In this document: piece after piece, positions 10,368-20,048 of the stretch | Numbering within the stretch: position 1 is the stretch's first letter | How the letters are laid out: every line of letters starts with the position of its first letter | DNA from: an uncultured bacterium | GTDB taxonomy: Bacteria; Fidelibacterota; Marinisomatia; Marinisomatales; TCS55 | DNA: 64,000 bases | NCBI GenBank assembly: GCA_964466265.1 | Contig: CAYXMX010000002.1 | Location: 15,340 to 79,339, forward strand | Reading direction: 5' to 3' | Notes under the pieces: model-generated | The model's input: the letters and a program-made list of their open reading frames with translations, nothing else | Databases searched by the model: none | Told to the model about the DNA's origin: nothing | Program-made: the position numbers and the translations under genes

Positions 10368-10471
10368 ACATTTAATAGAATTAATTTGTGTAATTCTTGA
10401 GGCAAATCGTTCTGATAATAGTTAACTTTACGCCTTCAATTTGAAGTAATAAATAATCCGAGATTCAAATA

Positions 10472-11500
10472 ATGGCAATTCTTTCTGCTCTAACAAACAC
10501 TTTCTCCTGGATTTCCGGTGATATCGCAATAGATTTGGGAACAGCCAATACTCTTCTGTGGGTGAATGGAAAAGGTGTAATGATTAATGAACCTTCTATT
10601 GTGGCTCGTTCCGTCCATGATGGGAAAATTGTAGCAGTTGGAATTGAGGCGAAAGCCATGTTGGGTAGAACCCATCGTGAATTGGAAACAATTCGACCTT
10701 TACAGGATGGTGTCATCGCCGATTTTGACATGACAGACGGGATGCTGCAAGGTTTCATTCGCAGAATCAATATTAACCGTCTGGCCCGTCCAAGAATGGT
10801 CATTTGTGTGCCGTCCGGAGTGACAGAAGTTGAAAGACGGGCTGTCAAGGATTCAGGTGAGCGCGCTAATGCACGTGAAGTATATTTAATTGAAGAACCG
10901 GTCGCAGCTGCTATAGGAATTGGATTAGATATTAGTCAACCTATTGGAAATATTATTGTTGATATTGGAGGCGGAACGACAGAAATTGCTGTAATTGCCC
11001 TCAATGGTGTTGTCACTAAGGAAACCATTCGTATTGCTGGTGATGAAATGGATGAATATGTGGTAATGTGGTTTAGAAATGAGCATAAATTAGACATCGG
11101 TCTGGCCACAGGTGAAGCGATAAAAAAATCAGTTGGTTCTGCGATGAGAATGACAACAGAAACCATATCGGTAAAAGGGAGGGATTTAGTCAGTGGAATT
11201 CCAAAGACCATTGAAGTATCTTCAGATGAGATCCGCCAGGCATTGAAAGAACCGGTCAACAGTATTGTTGAAGCAGTCAAACGTGCTTTAGAGAGAACTC
11301 CCCCAGAGTTAGCTGCTGATATTTTGGATAGAGGAATTATCATGACTGGGGGAGGGAGTTTACTAAAAGGAATGGATCAAATAATTCGTGAACGCACCAA
11401 TGTCCCTGTTAACTGTGCTGAAGATCCTTTACTATCGGTTGTGAAAGGAACAGGAATGGTATTAGAAAATATTCAAAAATACAGACCTGTGCTCATCTGA
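10472..11500 (+). CDS. mreB: rod shape-determining protein MreB
   Basis: Actin-fold motifs IAIDLGTANTL, DIGGGTTEIAV and IMTGGGSLLKGMD. Followed by mreC, mreD, mrdA and rodA. Confidence 0.95.
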   Translation: MAILSALTNTFSWISGDIAIDLGTANTLLWVNGKGVMINEPSIVARSVHDGKIVAVGIEAKAMLGRTHRELETIRPLQDGVIADFDMTDGMLQGFIRRININRLARPRMVICVPSGVTEVERRAVKDSGERANAREVYLIEEPVAAAIGIGLDISQPIGNIIVDIGGGTTEIAVIALNGVVTKETIRIAGDEMDEYVVMWFRNEHKLDIGLATGEAIKKSVGSAMRMTTETISVKGRDLVSGIPKTIEVSSDEIRQALKEPVNSIVEAVKRALERTPPELAADILDRGIIMTGGGSLLKGMDQIIRERTNVPVNCAEDPLLSVVKGTGMVLENIQKYRPVLI

Positions 11501-11506
11501 TATGTA

Positions 11507-12307
11507 ATGAGGAATATTTACCTCGCTTTAATCCGTCAGCGCGATCATATTATTTTTGTTCTCGCAGTCATTTTATCTTTATTTTTTATCCTGTCTAATG
11601 ATTCGCGCGATGTGAATATATTTCGTGGCAAGGTAACAGATTTTTTTTCATTTATTTATAAACCGGTATCCTGGGTTAGATCTATGGCGATCGTGGACGA
11701 AGAAGCTGCCTTACTCCGGGAAGAAAATATCGTGTATTCTCTTCAAATTGAATCCATGAGGGATCTTTCCATTGAAAATCAACGTCTCAGGGAAATGCTT
11801 AATTATAAGCGGGAGAGTAAGCTGCAGTTATTACCAGCTAAGGTGATCAATAAGGGAATTACAGCCAATATGAATACAGTAACAATTGATGTGGGTTCAA
11901 ACCAGGGCATCGAAAAAAATTATGCTGTAATTACGCCTAAATGTGTTATCGGAAAAACAATATTAGTGGGGAAACAAAGCTCCATTGTTCAAATCTTATC
12001 TGATGTCAATTTTCGTGTGAGTGTACAAGTAAAGCCTTCTGGCGCAAGAGGAATTCTACGATGGGTATACGGGGATATCTGTGAAATAAGAGAGATACAG
12101 AAAAATTCTGATATAAACGTAGGAGATTATGTAATCACCTCCGGTTTTAGTGATATTTTTCCAAAAAATCTTCCGGTGGGGAAAGTCATTGGTATTCGTG
12201 ATGAGATTGGTAGTTTTCAGAAAATTGTTTCTGTCCAGTTTCCAGAACAATTAGGATCATTAATCAATTTATTTATTATCGTCGAACAGAAATATGAAGT
12301 GGAATAA
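11507..12307 (+). CDS. mreC: rod shape-determining protein MreC
   Basis: N-terminal TM helix, coiled-coil segment (EEAALLREEN...ENQRLREMLN), C-terminal beta domain. Canonical position after mreB. Confidence 0.85.
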   Translation: MRNIYLALIRQRDHIIFVLAVILSLFFILSNDSRDVNIFRGKVTDFFSFIYKPVSWVRSMAIVDEEAALLREENIVYSLQIESMRDLSIENQRLREMLNYKRESKLQLLPAKVINKGITANMNTVTIDVGSNQGIEKNYAVITPKCVIGKTILVGKQSSIVQILSDVNFRVSVQVKPSGARGILRWVYGDICEIREIQKNSDINVGDYVITSGFSDIFPKNLPVGKVIGIRDEIGSFQKIVSVQFPEQLGSLINLFIIVEQKYEVE

Positions 12308-12785
12308 GTTTATCATCTTATTGATTACTGTTTTTCTGATCCAGTTTTATCTTGCTGAAGTTATGTCTGTTAAAATGGTTCGTCCGGATTTTATGTCTAT
12401 TTTTATACTATACACATCAATTAGATATGGTCGCTTTTATGGAGTGATAAGCGGATTTTCTTTGGGATTGTTGTCTGATCTTTCAGCCGTGGGATCTTAT
12501 TTTGGTCTGTCGTCTCTTTCTTATTCTGTTATTGCTTATCTATCCGGACTGTTAAAGGACAAGTATAATAAATTATTACCCCTTTACTATCATTTATCAT
12601 GGGTAGGGATAATATCTTTTCATTTTCTCGTTTATTGTTATATCCGATACCAATACTTATTTGAAACTGATTTATGGAGGTTTACCCAAATATGGCTGTC
12701 TACAACAGCGTATACTATGGGATTTATTGTTATCCTTCAATTTATCATCCCATTTAAACTCTACTCTCATGCTGAAAGCAGCTAA
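12294..12785 (+). CDS. mreD: rod shape-determining protein MreD
   Basis: 163 aa polytopic hydrophobic protein. Canonical position between mreC and mrdA; 14-nt overlap with mreC. Confidence 0.75.
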   Translation: MKWNKFIILLITVFLIQFYLAEVMSVKMVRPDFMSIFILYTSIRYGRFYGVISGFSLGLLSDLSAVGSYFGLSSLSYSVIAYLSGLLKDKYNKLLPLYYHLSWVGIISFHFLVYCYIRYQYLFETDLWRFTQIWLSTTAYTMGFIVILQFIIPFKLYSHAESS

Positions 12786-14544
12786 TTTAATTCCAAAAAG
12801 AAGAGTCGTCGTAGCCAGCGGTGTCATTATTGTATTAATGGTTTCATTACTGATCCGATTTTTCAGCATACAGGTTTATTCATATGAAAAATACAATAAA
12901 AAGGCAGATGTAAATAGAATTCGTGCCATATCATTGAATGCTCCAAGAGGGTTAATCTTGGACAGGACGGGTGAAATCATTGTTGATAATTATCCTACTT
13001 ATATTTTAACTGGAATTCCTGGCGAAATGGAGGATAAAAAACAAAATTTCAATATTATCAGTAAATATACTGGTTTTGATACAACGGTTTTAAAATCAAA
13101 CTATGAGAAATATTATCGAGGGAGGTTTTTGCCGGTAAGGTTAGCGAAGGATTTAACTTTTAATCAATTGAGTAAAATAGAAGAACATAAGACAGATTTA
13201 ACCGGCATTAATTATTCCAAGCTTCCAGAGAGAACTTATACACCGAGGGTCAATGCCTCTCATTTGCTTGGGTACGTAAAAGAAGTTGATCATGCACTCA
13301 TTAAGGAGTTAGATGAACCAGAAAAATATATTTATGGTGATTTGGTCGGATGGAGAGGGATTGAAAAGGTTTATGAGCAATCACTGCGGGGAGAAAAAGG
13401 CGTTAATTTTATTGAGGTGGACGCCTTGGGTCGTGAAATTGGTGAGTCAACTTCCAGGAATGGCGAATACCCAGTTCCGGGGAATAATTTGATAACTTCT
13501 ATATTATTGCCTTTGCAAGAAATGTTAGAAAACAAAATGGATGATATTAATGGTGTGGCGTTAGTATCAAACCCTAAAACAGGAGAAATACTCGCTTTTG
13601 TAAGTAAACCTGACTATCCTCCAGATTTATTTACAGGAGCAACGACCATCGATGAATGGAAAAAAATTATTAGTAATCCTAATAAACCACTATTGAATAG
13701 AATTACTCATGGGTTATATCCACCTGGATCCACATTAAAAATGATCACTGCGATGACATTGTTGGAGAAAAATAAGGTTAGTTTGACAGAAACAGTCGAG
13801 TGTCAGGGAGTGTACACTTTAGGAAATAGGGAATTTAAATGTTGGAAAAAAGGTGGTCACGGAAAAATCAATTTAGAAGAAGCCATTACCCAATCGTGTA
13901 ATATATTTTTCTATCATGTTGTACAAAGACTAACAGTTAACGAATGGGCGGAATCGTGTCGATTATTTGGGTTTGGCGAACTCACCGGGATTGATTTGCC
14001 ATCAGAAGCAAAAGGAGTAGTACCTACTTCGGAATTTTTCAATAAGAGTTATGGCCGGTGGGGATGGTCAAAGGGACATTTATTAAATATATCTCTGGGG
14101 CAAGGTGAATTGATTGTCACCCCCATTCAAATGCTTAAATATATCAATTTACTTGCAACAAAAGGTCGAACTCCAATCCTTCATACAATTAAGAATAAAA
14201 AAACCAAGATTGATATAATCAGATATTTTTCTCCCCAAACTTGGAAGCAGATGGAATTATATATGCGTCAGGTCATTGTTTCTCCTCATGGTACAGGGAA
14301 GAGATCCGATCCTCATATCCCTGGTCTGGTTATTGCGGGGAAAACGGGTACATCACAGAACCCTCATGGGAACGATGATGCCTGGTACGTGGGATATGGA
14401 AAATACAAAGGAGAAATTATTTCGGTAGTTATCCTGGTCGAGCAGGGGGGGCATGGAGGAGTGGCTGCTGCACCAATTGCCGCATCTGTTTTTGAATTTC
14501 TTTTTTCTTCAAATCAAACAATGAAACTTACATTTGCACAATGA
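12769..14544 (+). CDS. mrdA: penicillin-binding protein 2 (elongasome transpeptidase)
   Basis: SxxK (PGSTLKM), SxN (SCN) and KTG (GKTGTSQ) motifs, with an N-terminal TM anchor VVVASGVIIVLMVSLLIRFF. I prefer ATG 12769 (MLKAANLIPKRR) to the track start 12661, which would overlap mreD by 125 nt. Confidence 0.9.
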   Translation: MLKAANLIPKRRVVVASGVIIVLMVSLLIRFFSIQVYSYEKYNKKADVNRIRAISLNAPRGLILDRTGEIIVDNYPTYILTGIPGEMEDKKQNFNIISKYTGFDTTVLKSNYEKYYRGRFLPVRLAKDLTFNQLSKIEEHKTDLTGINYSKLPERTYTPRVNASHLLGYVKEVDHALIKELDEPEKYIYGDLVGWRGIEKVYEQSLRGEKGVNFIEVDALGREIGESTSRNGEYPVPGNNLITSILLPLQEMLENKMDDINGVALVSNPKTGEILAFVSKPDYPPDLFTGATTIDEWKKIISNPNKPLLNRITHGLYPPGSTLKMITAMTLLEKNKVSLTETVECQGVYTLGNREFKCWKKGGHGKINLEEAITQSCNIFFYHVVQRLTVNEWAESCRLFGFGELTGIDLPSEAKGVVPTSEFFNKSYGRWGWSKGHLLNISLGQGELIVTPIQMLKYINLLATKGRTPILHTIKNKKTKIDIIRYFSPQTWKQMELYMRQVIVSPHGTGKRSDPHIPGLVIAGKTGTSQNPHGNDDAWYVGYGKYKGEIISVVILVEQGGHGGVAAAPIAASVFEFLFSSNQTMKLTFAQ

Positions 14545-15773
14545 TAAAGCTTTTATTGTTAAAATTTCGATCAACATCATCTTTATTGATAATATTATCA
14601 ATATTCCTTTTTTTAATTGGATTAATTACACTTAGAAGTATTGAATCTGGCCAATCGACTAGTTTTTATACTCAATCATTTTATAAACAGCTCATTTTCC
14701 TTATTCCTGCTATGCTCGGTCTATTAATTGCAATTATCATCCCTAGACACACTATTCATCAGTATATATATGTCCTTTATGGTGCTATAATTATTTTTAT
14801 TTTAGTTCCTTATTTTGGTAAGGAAATTGCAAACACATATCGATGGATTGATGTGGGTCTTCCGGTGGGGTTTCAACCCTCAGAATTTGCAAAATGGATT
14901 GTAGTGATTGCCTTAGCCCGATATTTATCAGATCACAATCTTCAAATGAATTATTTTATAGCGAATATTTTTCCAATGATGATTGCCGTAATCCCTGCAT
15001 TTATTATTTTAAACCAACCTGATCTTGGCACGGCGATTATCATCATGGTTCCGGTATTTCCAATGCTGTATTGGGTGGGATCCAGACCATTCCACCTCTT
15101 TTTATTTATGGCACCTCTTATTAGTATATTAACTGCATTTCACTGGTTATCCTTTTCAATTTGGGCCGGTTTAATGATGTTAATCATTTATAAAGCAAAT
15201 CCAAAAGTGTTATTTGGGATAACTACCTTTTTTTCAAATGTCTTTTTAGGGCTATTATCCCCTGTACTGTGGGGAATGTTAAAAGATTATCAGCAAAAAA
15301 GAATTTTAACTTTATTTAACCCACAGTTGGACCCTTTGGGTGCTGCATACCAAATCATTCAAAGTAAAACAGCCATTGGAGCTGGTGGGTTGTTGGGAAA
15401 AGGTTGGGGGCAGGGGACACAGACACATTTGAAATTCTTACCTGTTCAGGAATCTGATTTTATTGTTTCTGTCATTGGAGAAGAGTTTGGTTTTATCGCT
15501 ATTTTAATGATTATTATTATTTTTACAGTCTTTGTATTAAAGAGCATTCGAATGGCTTATCATGTGGATGATCGTTTTTCTAGTCTCGTGATTATTGGAC
15601 TATCCTCCATATTCACAGCACATATCTTTGTGAATTTTGCCATGACGGTAGGAATGATTCCAGTTAAAGGTTTGCCGTTGCCGTTCGTTTCTTATGGAGG
15701 ATCATTTTTGCTTTCCTGTTTTATTATGATCGGGCTAATAATGAATTTGAGTATTGATCCCAAAGATTATTAA
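14541..15773 (+). CDS. rodA: peptidoglycan glycosyltransferase RodA (SEDS family)
   Basis: FtsW/RodA/SpoVE motifs QPSEFAK, DLGTAIII and GLPLPFVSYGGS. ATGA overlap with mrdA. Confidence 0.92.
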   Translation: MIKLLLLKFRSTSSLLIILSIFLFLIGLITLRSIESGQSTSFYTQSFYKQLIFLIPAMLGLLIAIIIPRHTIHQYIYVLYGAIIIFILVPYFGKEIANTYRWIDVGLPVGFQPSEFAKWIVVIALARYLSDHNLQMNYFIANIFPMMIAVIPAFIILNQPDLGTAIIIMVPVFPMLYWVGSRPFHLFLFMAPLISILTAFHWLSFSIWAGLMMLIIYKANPKVLFGITTFFSNVFLGLLSPVLWGMLKDYQQKRILTLFNPQLDPLGAAYQIIQSKTAIGAGGLLGKGWGQGTQTHLKFLPVQESDFIVSVIGEEFGFIAILMIIIIFTVFVLKSIRMAYHVDDRFSSLVIIGLSSIFTAHIFVNFAMTVGMIPVKGLPLPFVSYGGSFLLSCFIMIGLIMNLSIDPKDY

Positions 15774-15845
15774 AAATTGCAATGATCCTTGACTAAATAT
15801 TGGTAAATTTACCAACTCAATTCCTTTGGAAAACAACAAAATATT

Positions 15846-16652
15846 ATGATTAACAAAACCTTGCACATATCTATATTTTTAATCTGTTTATCTGTAGCAG
15901 TCTATGCTCAGAGCGATAAACAAATTAAAGTCTTAAATAATAAAATAGCCCAGCAAAGTGCTCGAATCGATGAACTCGAGACTAAATTAAATATTTTATT
16001 ACCTGAAATTCAAAATACGCTTAAAGCGACAGTCGCGTCCAAGAAACAGACTGACTCTGTTGCAATAATGATTATTAACCGAATTAATACGATTCAGAAT
16101 AAAATTAGATTATTAGAAGATAAGGCAGCTTACTCTGATAGCACTAACTTTGAAGTGCTGGCTCAGCTGGTGATGATTGAGAATAAAATTGTAACTCTAG
16201 CCAATAGTTTTACAGAATTGTACAATATTAAAAATGACCGGACCCCAGCATCTCCGAATTCAAAAATAAATCCTTCGGAGTATAAACGAATATATATTGA
16301 AAGTTTAAGCAATTACCAAAATGGCTTATATGCGCAATCTATCAGCGGATTTTCTAAACTGGTCATTAGTGATCCTCAAAATGATTTAGCTGATAATAGT
16401 CAATACTGGCTGGCTGAATGTTACTATTCACAAAAAAATTATAAGCGTGCTATCATTGAATTTGAAAAAGTTTTTACTTTTGCAGGCACAGATAAAGACG
16501 ATGATGCTCAATTAAAGTTGGGATTAGCTTATCAAAGCATGGGAAATTTGCAAAAAGCCAGAGAAGAATTCCAAAGATTAGTGGATTATTTCCCGGGAAG
16601 TGAATTTTATGATCGTGCAAAAAGCACACTTAATCAGTTAACCATAGAATAG
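15846..16652 (+). CDS. YbgF/CpoB-like periplasmic coiled-coil plus TPR protein
   Basis: Signal peptide, N-terminal coiled coil, C-terminal TPR block (YIESLSNYQNGLYAQSI..., SQYWLAECYYSQKNYKRAIIEFEKV, AQLKLGLAYQSMGNLQKAREEFQRLVDYFPGSE). Confidence 0.6.
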   Translation: MINKTLHISIFLICLSVAVYAQSDKQIKVLNNKIAQQSARIDELETKLNILLPEIQNTLKATVASKKQTDSVAIMIINRINTIQNKIRLLEDKAAYSDSTNFEVLAQLVMIENKIVTLANSFTELYNIKNDRTPASPNSKINPSEYKRIYIESLSNYQNGLYAQSISGFSKLVISDPQNDLADNSQYWLAECYYSQKNYKRAIIEFEKVFTFAGTDKDDDAQLKLGLAYQSMGNLQKAREEFQRLVDYFPGSEFYDRAKSTLNQLTIE

Positions 16653-16667
16653 AGATAGTTTAGTTAT

Positions 16668-17495
16668 ATGAGTAAACTTTTTTACATGACAACGGAAATC
16701 ATTCCGTTTGCAAATACATCAAGTCTTGCATCATTCTCAACCAAAGTTCCTCTCATGCTTCAAGAAAAGGGGCATGATATTCGCACTATTATACCAAAAT
16801 ACGGATACGTCAGTGAAAGAAAATATATTTTGCGCGAAGTGATCCGATTACGGGAAATACCATTTGAATATAGTGGGAGTGAAATGGTCTTATCAGCAAA
16901 AAGCGCTTTTATTCCAAAGACACGTGTCCAGGTTTATTTTTTAGAGGATACCTATTGGTTCAAGCCGCTGACTAACCTCGTTTATAAATCAAAGAATGGT
17001 CGCATTCTATCAGATAATGCTGAAAGATATGCTATTTTTGGTAAAGCAACATTAGCAACTTTGCCGCATCTTTTTTGGAAACCGGATGTTTTTCTTTGTA
17101 ACGGTTGGCAATCATCTTTTTTACCTGCTCTGTATAAGGAGATTTACCAGCATAACGACTTTTACAAGGGGATAAAGACCGTATTAATGGTTCATGATAT
17201 GGATGAAGAATATACTACATTTGAAGAAGTCGCGTTTAAAAATGCCGGCATTAGATTACCTTCGTCTATGAAAAACGGTGAAGTGAATGCCTATGAAGCG
17301 GCAGTAGAAAATGTGGATATGATTATTGCATTAGAAACACCATCCAATGATTTGACTGATAAATTATTATCACTACCAGCCCTAAAAGCTGAAAAGAAAA
17401 AAATATACACTGTTAAAGTTCCTGAAGGTGAAGAACTCGATTATCAGCCTGTAGCTGACGATTTGGATAAAATCCTTGAGAAACTTAACAAATAG
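16668..17495 (+). CDS. half-size glycogen/starch-synthase-like protein (GT5 N-terminal domain only)
   Basis: MSKLFYMTTEIIPFANTSSLASFSTKVPLMLQEKGHDIRTIIPKYG aligns by eye to the GlgA N-terminus (E..PF.KTGGLADV...L...GH.V....P.Y). KTGGL is replaced by NTSSL, and the protein ends at 275 aa without a second Rossmann domain. Confidence 0.55.
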   Translation: MSKLFYMTTEIIPFANTSSLASFSTKVPLMLQEKGHDIRTIIPKYGYVSERKYILREVIRLREIPFEYSGSEMVLSAKSAFIPKTRVQVYFLEDTYWFKPLTNLVYKSKNGRILSDNAERYAIFGKATLATLPHLFWKPDVFLCNGWQSSFLPALYKEIYQHNDFYKGIKTVLMVHDMDEEYTTFEEVAFKNAGIRLPSSMKNGEVNAYEAAVENVDMIIALETPSNDLTDKLLSLPALKAEKKKIYTVKVPEGEELDYQPVADDLDKILEKLNK

Positions 17496-17517
17496 ATTTT
17501 CGTATATAACCTATTCA

Positions 17518-18783
17518 ATGAAAATATTTCGTATTAAACATCTCCTGGTTGCAGGTTTATTTTTTACACTATATAATGGGTGTATGGAAGACCCCATGAG
17601 TGCCGATTTAAACAATGCAAATTTACATTTAGATACTTTAAGCATATCTAGTATTAATGGAGTGACTTATCAGATTCCTCCCTCCATAGGCAGTAAATCA
17701 AGATTGACGTTGGGAAATGCCAATGGATATGATTATAGAGCCATATTATTAAAAACTTCTTTTACATCTGCTCAAAATATTCAATGGTCACTCGCCTCAT
17801 TATTAAATTCATCTGTTGTAATTGATAGTGCTTATTTTACATTACATTTGGAATTGGATACATTGATTAACCCAGTTTCTATTTCCCTTTATACGTTCCC
17901 AAATAGTGGAGATTCTATCTTTAGCGAAACTGAATCGAATTATCTGAATTTTGCAGATAATGAAATGGCTAATGGACATTATGTAACAAGTGCAATGGAG
18001 GAAGAATATAAGTTTTCTGAAGATTCCTTAATTAATTCAATATTTCGATTACGTTTTAATATAAGGGATATGCTTGACTCTGCATTCTTGGATACTGCTT
18101 TGAATTACACCATTATGCTGAAGCAAGATGAATCGACAGATGAACTGCATTCCTACTATAGTAGAGAATATTTTTCTTCAAATGAATTTAACCCGCTATT
18201 TGAAGTGTATTATCATGAATTTACATATCCGGATTCATCAGATACATCTCAGATTACTTTGGTAGATACGCTAAGGAAAACATTTAATATTGTCAATGAT
18301 TTGAGTATTATGGCTCCACCAGAGATTTCATTTGAGGATACGTCTTACATATCTATTAGCAGGGGTAAGGGACTAAGATCTCTAATTTCACTGGAGTTTT
18401 TAGACACCCTAAATTTGCCCAGACAGACTACCTTTGATAAAGCAGAACTGACTTTTTATATTGTTCCTGACACAAATATATCATTATTTACAGTATATGC
18501 TGTTCCCCTTATGGATACAGTAGAAATAAATCATTTTTCTATTTATGATGATGATAGCTTTAAAAGCTATAATTATTTAATTACCAGTGGAATAGTTTCA
18601 AATAACAAAGTGGTTTTGAATATTAAGCACTTTTTACAGGATCATTATTTTGATAATGTAAATAATCTTGGACTAAAGATTTATTCCAGTATTAATAATA
18701 ATCTCCATTCGACAATTCATTTTTATTCTGCTGACAATGATACATTAAAACCAAATTTATTTATTCAATATGTGGCTCCGTAA
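17518..18783 (+). CDS. hypothetical lipoprotein
   Basis: Start moved to ATG 17518 (MKIFRIKHLLVAGLFFTLYNGC, lipobox-like) to avoid overlap with the upstream gene. No motif recognised. Confidence 0.55.
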   Translation: MKIFRIKHLLVAGLFFTLYNGCMEDPMSADLNNANLHLDTLSISSINGVTYQIPPSIGSKSRLTLGNANGYDYRAILLKTSFTSAQNIQWSLASLLNSSVVIDSAYFTLHLELDTLINPVSISLYTFPNSGDSIFSETESNYLNFADNEMANGHYVTSAMEEEYKFSEDSLINSIFRLRFNIRDMLDSAFLDTALNYTIMLKQDESTDELHSYYSREYFSSNEFNPLFEVYYHEFTYPDSSDTSQITLVDTLRKTFNIVNDLSIMAPPEISFEDTSYISISRGKGLRSLISLEFLDTLNLPRQTTFDKAELTFYIVPDTNISLFTVYAVPLMDTVEINHFSIYDDDSFKSYNYLITSGIVSNNKVVLNIKHFLQDHYFDNVNNLGLKIYSSINNNLHSTIHFYSADNDTLKPNLFIQYVAP

Positions 18784-20038
18784 ATTATTTATCCCCATTC
18801 TTATTACGACTACAGTATTGGCTCAGTCAATTCATAATGCGTATGGCTTAGGGGAAATATCATTTGAGCATAATGCTGCATCAACTGCTGTTAGCAGCCG
18901 TGGACTTTTACCAGCTTATAGCGAAAATATCTCATTATCAAATCCTGTTACGTGGAATAATTTGAAGTATGCTTATCTTGCAGGGAATTATACAGGAAAT
19001 GAAGTTAGTAGTGATTTGGGAGTAAATGGATTATCAGGATTCAGTAGCCTGCAATTTGCGGTACCAATTGGAACCAAATATGCCTGGGGTTTTGGAATAA
19101 AACCAGTATTTTTCCAGCAATATATGCTTGAAGGTTCATTAAGTGAATTTATAGCAAACGGAGATACATTAATAACACAGCATATGATGAATGGTTCTGG
19201 AGGGGTTTCTTCTTTATACTCGTCCTTTCGTTTTCCCTTATCATCGACAGAAGCGATGGCTATTGAAGTGGATGCTTTATTTGGATCATTGAGAAGAAAT
19301 ACTAAATTTTTATTGAATGACAGAGCGTATCATCTTTTCCAGCGGAATATATTTACAGGTTCTCTTTATAGACTCTTTATTTCATCAAATAGGTTCTATA
19401 AAGGAAAAACACCCGCAAAAGTTTATTTTATGATTTCACGATCTTTGAAATCTTTGGATGCAAAGCAGTATACTTTTCAACCCTTTGAAGACGTGAATGA
19501 TAATGGATATTTCGACTCCAGTCCCCCAGGAGATAATCCATCTCCTGCCAGTATTCCAAGAGCTGAAATCACTTTTTATCGTCAGATCTATGATCCATCC
19601 GAATTAGGGTTTGGAATCGATTTGAAGAAAAGTGAAAGAATTCATTTAATGGCTGAGTACTACCAATGGAAAGATAAAAGCCAGATTGCTACTGGACTAT
19701 TTCCTTTAAAGTCCCTGTATATTAAGCAATCAAATCAGTTTTCATTAGGAGTTGCAAAATTTTCACCTAATGTCGCATTTAAATTTTTTCATAAAATACA
19801 GCTTCGTAGTGGATTTTATTATCGCAAAGATATTTTATACGATCATTCTTCCCTCATGAATGAATTTGGCTTATCTGTAGGGTTTGGTATTAAATTTGGT
19901 CTAGCGAATAATCAATTAGATTTTGCTTACAAATACGGATTACGCTCTGGTGAAATGATTTCAGATGAAGTAATCCAACATGTATCTTTCGGCATACATC
20001 TTGGTGATCGTTGGTTCGTCAAGCGCCGACCAAAATAA
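18770..20038 (+). CDS. hypothetical secreted, beta-rich protein (possible outer-membrane barrel)
   Basis: Signal peptide MWLRKLFIPILITTTVLAQS. Alternating hydrophobic and aromatic beta-strand-like pattern throughout. 14-nt overlap with the upstream gene. Confidence 0.5.
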   Translation: MWLRKLFIPILITTTVLAQSIHNAYGLGEISFEHNAASTAVSSRGLLPAYSENISLSNPVTWNNLKYAYLAGNYTGNEVSSDLGVNGLSGFSSLQFAVPIGTKYAWGFGIKPVFFQQYMLEGSLSEFIANGDTLITQHMMNGSGGVSSLYSSFRFPLSSTEAMAIEVDALFGSLRRNTKFLLNDRAYHLFQRNIFTGSLYRLFISSNRFYKGKTPAKVYFMISRSLKSLDAKQYTFQPFEDVNDNGYFDSSPPGDNPSPASIPRAEITFYRQIYDPSELGFGIDLKKSERIHLMAEYYQWKDKSQIATGLFPLKSLYIKQSNQFSLGVAKFSPNVAFKFFHKIQLRSGFYYRKDILYDHSSLMNEFGLSVGFGIKFGLANNQLDFAYKYGLRSGEMISDEVIQHVSFGIHLGDRWFVKRRPK

Positions 20039-20048
20039 GGAGAAATAA

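Noticed and set aside
10465-11343. Minus-strand ORFs 10465..10848 (127 aa), 10490..10675 and 10936..11343 (135 aa)
   Set aside because: They lie entirely antisense to mreB, whose + strand product has unmistakable actin-fold motifs. Their translations are low-complexity with no motifs, so they are typical shadow ORFs.
12661-12768. Upstream start for PBP2 at 12661
   Set aside because: It would overlap mreD by 125 nt and add a non-hydrophobic leader. ATG 12769 gives the normal short cytoplasmic tail plus TM anchor.
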